51,832 nucleotides of DNA, taken from contig CAMVCF010000004.1 of NCBI GenBank assembly GCA_947165945.1, positions 1-51,832 on the forward strand. The letters are read 5' to 3'. This document shows positions 48,524 to 51,832 of this stretch, piece by piece. Under the pieces are notes generated by a model, which worked only from the letters and a program-made list of their open reading frames with translations, had not been told where the DNA came from and did not search any database. The stretch comes from an uncultured Clostridia bacterium (GTDB taxonomy: Bacteria; Bacillota_I; Bacilli_A; RF39; UBA660). Both the position numbers and the translations under genes were made by a program. Position 1 is the first letter of the stretch; each line of letters opens with the position of its first letter.

Positions 48524-49282
48524 ATGCTAAATAAGGAATTGAAGGAATTAAAACATGATTTATTTTTAAAAAAAAGTAATCGAATAAATAAAATATTAGA
48601 ATCCGATAAAATTGATACTATTATAAATAAAATACAAAGTTTATATCATAAAATATCTAATATATTAATAATTAAATATAATCTTCAAGATGAATTAAAA
48701 CAAGGTAAAATTTTTACTATTATATTTGCACTTATAGCCTTTATTTTATTTGTTATTTTAACAGTATTTTTTATAGTAACACTTAATTCTATTCTTGGTA
48801 TAGGACTATTATTTTCATTTATAAGACAAGTATACTTTTGTATTAGAATTGGTTATACAATTATTAAGAGTAAAGGAAAAATGATAAAGAAATATTTATC
48901 TAATTTATTTCCAAATAGTAAAATATTAAAAGAAGAAATAGTTAGAAAAAGAATTCCTTTATATGAAGAAAATATTTTATATCAAATAGAAGATTTTATA
49001 GAGGAATTAAATAAATCTAATATAAATTTAGATATATTAAAAGAAATCACTATTAAATTAAAAAGTATTGTTAATCAATTAAATTTAAATAATTTAGAAT
49101 TTAAAGATGAAATACATAGTTTAGAATATAAGAAGGAAATTGCAACTAAATTATCAGATGTTTACAAATTATATCAAGATAGTATGGAAGAAAATAAACG
49201 TCAAAAAGAGTTTTTAACTCTAAAAAATGATGTAATGGAACAAATTACAGAACAAGAAAATAAAATTTACGTCAAAAAATAA
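48524..49282 (+). CDS. Hypothetical membrane protein (two TMs plus coiled coil)
   Basis: Hydrophobic stretch at about aa 63-113; has its own promoter and SD. Confidence 0.75.
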   Translation: MLNKELKELKHDLFLKKSNRINKILESDKIDTIINKIQSLYHKISNILIIKYNLQDELKQGKIFTIIFALIAFILFVILTVFFIVTLNSILGIGLLFSFIRQVYFCIRIGYTIIKSKGKMIKKYLSNLFPNSKILKEEIVRKRIPLYEENILYQIEDFIEELNKSNINLDILKEITIKLKSIVNQLNLNNLEFKDEIHSLEYKKEIATKLSDVYKLYQDSMEENKRQKEFLTLKNDVMEQITEQENKIYVKK

Positions 49283-49295
49283 TCCAGTTATGTAG

Positions 49296-49336
49296 AAAAA
49301 TACAATTTTGAAATAAATCTCAAAATTGTATTTTTT
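49296..49336. terminator. Bidirectional terminator
   Basis: AAAAATACAATTTTGA-N8-TCAAAATTGTATTTTT between convergent genes. Confidence 0.85.
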
Positions 49337-49337
49337 G

Positions 49338-50711
49338 TTATTTTCTTCTATTATTTGATCTTTTTTTATTGTTAGGAACTTGACCTTGTTCATTTTGTGG
49401 CATGTCTTGTCTTTTATCATTTGGAATACCTCCGTTTTCCATACCACCGCCCATGAATTGATTAGTAATAGTATTTGTTTCTTCTCCATTTACAATAATT
49501 GTTCCACCATTATATTTAGCTTCACCATCATAATCAAATGGAGAGTTTGCAGTTATATCTATTGCACCACCATTAATATATATATTTCCATTTGAATCTA
49601 TTCCATCTGTATCACCCTGCCTCATTGAAATTTTTAAGTTACCACCATTAATTTCAATAGTAGTTTGATAATCATTAGATTTATTACCAGCATTAATTCC
49701 ATCATCACTTGCTGTAATATTTATATCTCCCCTATTTACTTTAACATAAGTTGCTTCAAGTCCTTCGTGAGCATTTATGGTAAATGTACCATCATTTATT
49801 TCAATTTTTCCATCAGCATGAACCCCATCATCATTACAAGTAATAGTAAATACTCCTTTATTGATAGTAATATCTTTATTAGAGTGAATTGCATCATCAT
49901 TTGTTGCTATATTAAATGTTCCTTCATTAATAATTAAATTACCATTTGCTTTAATTCCTTTTTGACTGGAACTTGAATTAGTTTTATTTGTTTTTATATT
50001 AAAGTTTCCATTATTAATTTCTAGAGTACTAATGCTTGTAATACCATCACCATTTGTTGTTATATTAAATGTACCATTTTCTATTATTAAATTACCAAGT
50101 TCACTTTCGTTTGTTGTTTTAATTGCATCGTTATTTGAAGTGATCGTAAAATTTCCATTTTCGATTACTAAAGAATCTTTTCCTTTAATACCATCATCCC
50201 CTACTTCAAGAATAAAATTACCTGAATTAATTGTTAAATTATCACTTGAAGATATTCCATCTAGGTTACTAGTAACTTTTAAAGTACCATCACCTTCAAT
50301 ATATAAATCATCTTTTGAAAATAATACAGAATCCATTTCTTCTGATACAGTACCATTTAAAGTATTTTCTCCAACTAATTCTATATAGGTACAATTAGCA
50401 TCTTCTATATAAATAGCCGGTCCATTTGAATTAGTAATAGATACATTATTTAAGATTAATTTTACATCATCATTTGTATTAATAATTAACTGTCCATCTT
50501 CAATTTTTCCAGTTATAGTATAAACTCCACCTTTTGTAATGGTAGTAGTTTCTGTTAGAGCTAGATCAAAACTATTGGCAATATTCCAATTTATGTTATC
50601 TTTTATTGCTGATACTGTTGTTATATTATTATCTTTTCCTAGAAAATAAGATACCCCAATTAGTCCAAGTATTATCAGACATAATACTCCTATTAATATT
50701 TTCTTTTTCAT
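49338..50711 (-). CDS. Cthe_2159/DUF4353-type beta-helix carbohydrate-binding protein
   Basis: N-terminal TM; TITKGGVY.ITG..EDGQ, repeated DDG/DAI...I..G.F.I units, DGIDSNG. Confidence 0.88.
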   Translation of the reverse strand: MKKKILIGVLCLIILGLIGVSYFLGKDNNITTVSAIKDNINWNIANSFDLALTETTTITKGGVYTITGKIEDGQLIINTNDDVKLILNNVSITNSNGPAIYIEDANCTYIELVGENTLNGTVSEEMDSVLFSKDDLYIEGDGTLKVTSNLDGISSSDNLTINSGNFILEVGDDGIKGKDSLVIENGNFTITSNNDAIKTTNESELGNLIIENGTFNITTNGDGITSISTLEINNGNFNIKTNKTNSSSSQKGIKANGNLIINEGTFNIATNDDAIHSNKDITINKGVFTITCNDDGVHADGKIEINDGTFTINAHEGLEATYVKVNRGDINITASDDGINAGNKSNDYQTTIEINGGNLKISMRQGDTDGIDSNGNIYINGGAIDITANSPFDYDGEAKYNGGTIIVNGEETNTITNQFMGGGMENGGIPNDKRQDMPQNEQGQVPNNKKRSNNRRK

Positions 50712-51370
50712 AAAACCTCTCCAATCATTTCATGAGTTAAAGAAATTTTTAAATTCCCATTTTTAACTCTAATTTTATCTATAAACTCTTTTTCATTTAT
50801 ATTATTTTTTAAATCAATTAAATAAGTTAACTCAAACATACTTCCCATATTCACGGTTTTTGCCACGGTAAGTTCAACACTATTTAAGTATTCATCAAAG
50901 ATATCATTAAATACTTCTGTATAATCTAAGTCTTCCGGAATACTAATTTTTAAGATTCTTGTTTTTTCTCCTTTTTCACCAAATTTAATAAAATGTAAAA
51001 ATAAGATTATAAAAGATGCTATTAAAGTAAATATTATTGAATAAGCAATGTATCCAGTTCCAATTGCAAGACCAATTGCCATAGCAAAAAATACTGATAA
51101 TATTTCTTTAGAATTTCCTGGAATACTTCTGAATCTAACTAATGAAAAAGCACCTCCAACAGCAACAGCAGTTCCAAGATTTCCATTTACAAGTAAAATT
51201 ACTATAGTAACAAGTGCAGGTAATACTACAAGTGTTGTAATAAAGTTTTTATTTGTTCTATTAGTTTTAGCATGTACAAGTGCAACAATTAAACCCATAA
51301 CAAATGATGTTAATATACAAATTGCAAAATTAATTAAAGTTAAGTTTGTACTTAATATTGAATTAAACAT
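50708..51370 (-). CDS. DUF4956 domain membrane protein
   Basis: VNGNLGTAVAVGGAFSLVRFRSIPG, IPEDLDY, FID..R..NGNL. Confidence 0.9.
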   Translation of the reverse strand: MFNSILSTNLTLINFAICILTSFVMGLIVALVHAKTNRTNKNFITTLVVLPALVTIVILLVNGNLGTAVAVGGAFSLVRFRSIPGNSKEILSVFFAMAIGLAIGTGYIAYSIIFTLIASFIILFLHFIKFGEKGEKTRILKISIPEDLDYTEVFNDIFDEYLNSVELTVAKTVNMGSMFELTYLIDLKNNINEKEFIDKIRVKNGNLKISLTHEMIGEVL

Positions 51371-51832
51371 ATACTTTTTCCTCCTTATAAGTAAATTCTT
51401 TTGAATTTAAATTAAATTCTTTATTTATGTTTGTTTTTGTATTTATATTTTCTTTTATCTTTTTTTCTTGATATATTTCTCCATATTTAGAAAAACTTTT
51501 AGGATATATTTTCATACTACTTAATATTTTTACAAACCATAAAGGAATAGCATCAAGTGATTTAATTTCCATAATATATTGATCTTTATGAAATAAATTT
51601 CCGTTATCACCAAGTTCCAATCTAAGTTCATCTTCCCTACTCCTTAAGTATGTATCAAATGTAATTCTAAAATTAATATTATCTTTATCATAGTATGATA
51701 ATCTATCATATCCTATAAATAATTTAGGTTTTAAATTAACTTTTTTAATAATATAATCGATTTCTCTCATGACTTGATTGTTATAATTTGGTTTAATTTT
51801 TTTAGTTTCTAAATAATTATAAAAATCTTTTA
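51363..51832 (-). CDS. VTC-domain (polyphosphate polymerase-like) protein, 5' part outside the window
   Basis: YDR..Y, FRITFD, IMEIK....IPLW, SFSKYG; the frame stays open to the window edge (KDFYNYLETK...). Confidence 0.88.
   Translation of the reverse strand, partial: KDFYNYLETKKIKPNYNNQVMREIDYIIKKVNLKPKLFIGYDRLSYYDKDNINFRITFDTYLRSREDELRLELGDNGNLFHKDQYIMEIKSLDAIPLWFVKILSSMKIYPKSFSKYGEIYQEKKIKENINTKTNINKEFNLNSKEFTYKEEKVYV

Noticed and set aside
1294-51404. Short ORF-track entries antisense to or nested in real genes (e.g. 1294-1533, 2381-2782, 5829-6044, 13831-14079, 17198-17623, 24808-25244, 36038-36376, 41768-42097, 46290-46481, 49380-50388, 51048-51404)
   Set aside because: They overlap well-supported genes entirely, lack SD sequences and show antisense-shadow composition.
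1-51832. Mycoplasma-type genetic code 4
   Set aside because: TGA ends mnmE exactly at the conserved FCVGK terminus and also ends spo0J and tatD, and Trp is encoded by TGG.

Overview
This is the chromosomal replication-origin region of a very AT-rich (roughly 25% GC, estimated by eye) Bacillota bacterium. TGA is used as a stop codon, so it uses genetic code 11. The reduced gene set, retained sporulation and competence genes and an M15 carboxypeptidase point to a genome-reduced walled member of Bacilli such as the RF39 lineage; this placement is inference. Gene orientation switches around a bipartite oriC with DnaA-box clusters at 24.5-24.7 kb and 26.2-26.45 kb. The left arm (minus strand) runs dnaA-dnaN-comK-recF-gyrB-gyrA, minimal SRP RNA, tadA-dnaX-ybaB-recR-bofA-holB-ricT-tRNA methyltransferase, a small MerR islet, pth-mfd, two orphans, spoVT, and a Met T-box followed by SPFH-metG-tatD. 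The right arm (plus strand) runs membrane protein, rpmH (missed by the ORF track)-rnpA-yidC-jag, an inserted nucleotidyltransferase/phosphodiesterase pair, mnmE-orf-mnmG-rsmG-noc-parA-parB-DUF951-AbgT-ychF, followed by a radical SAM gene, an M15 peptidase, a GH31 protein and a VTC-DUF4956-Cthe_2159 operon. I saw no rRNA, tRNA, CRISPR array, transposase or integrase. The most notable observations are: (1) a Noc with no amphipathic membrane anchor but a ~400-aa Asn-rich/acidic low-complexity insert that begins at an internal SD-ATG; (2) a pol-beta-like NTase plus NPP-type phosphodiesterase operon under tandem Spo0A boxes and flanked by similar hairpins; (3) comK placed between dnaN and recF with both DnaA and Spo0A boxes upstream; (4) a GH31 with Lys at the catalytic acid/base position; (5) an SPFH gene and a Met-rich mini-ORF under a Met T-box; (6) a BmrR-type 19-bp-spacer promoter with no apparent target gene. 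All calls come from reading the sequence and translations; no database searches were run.
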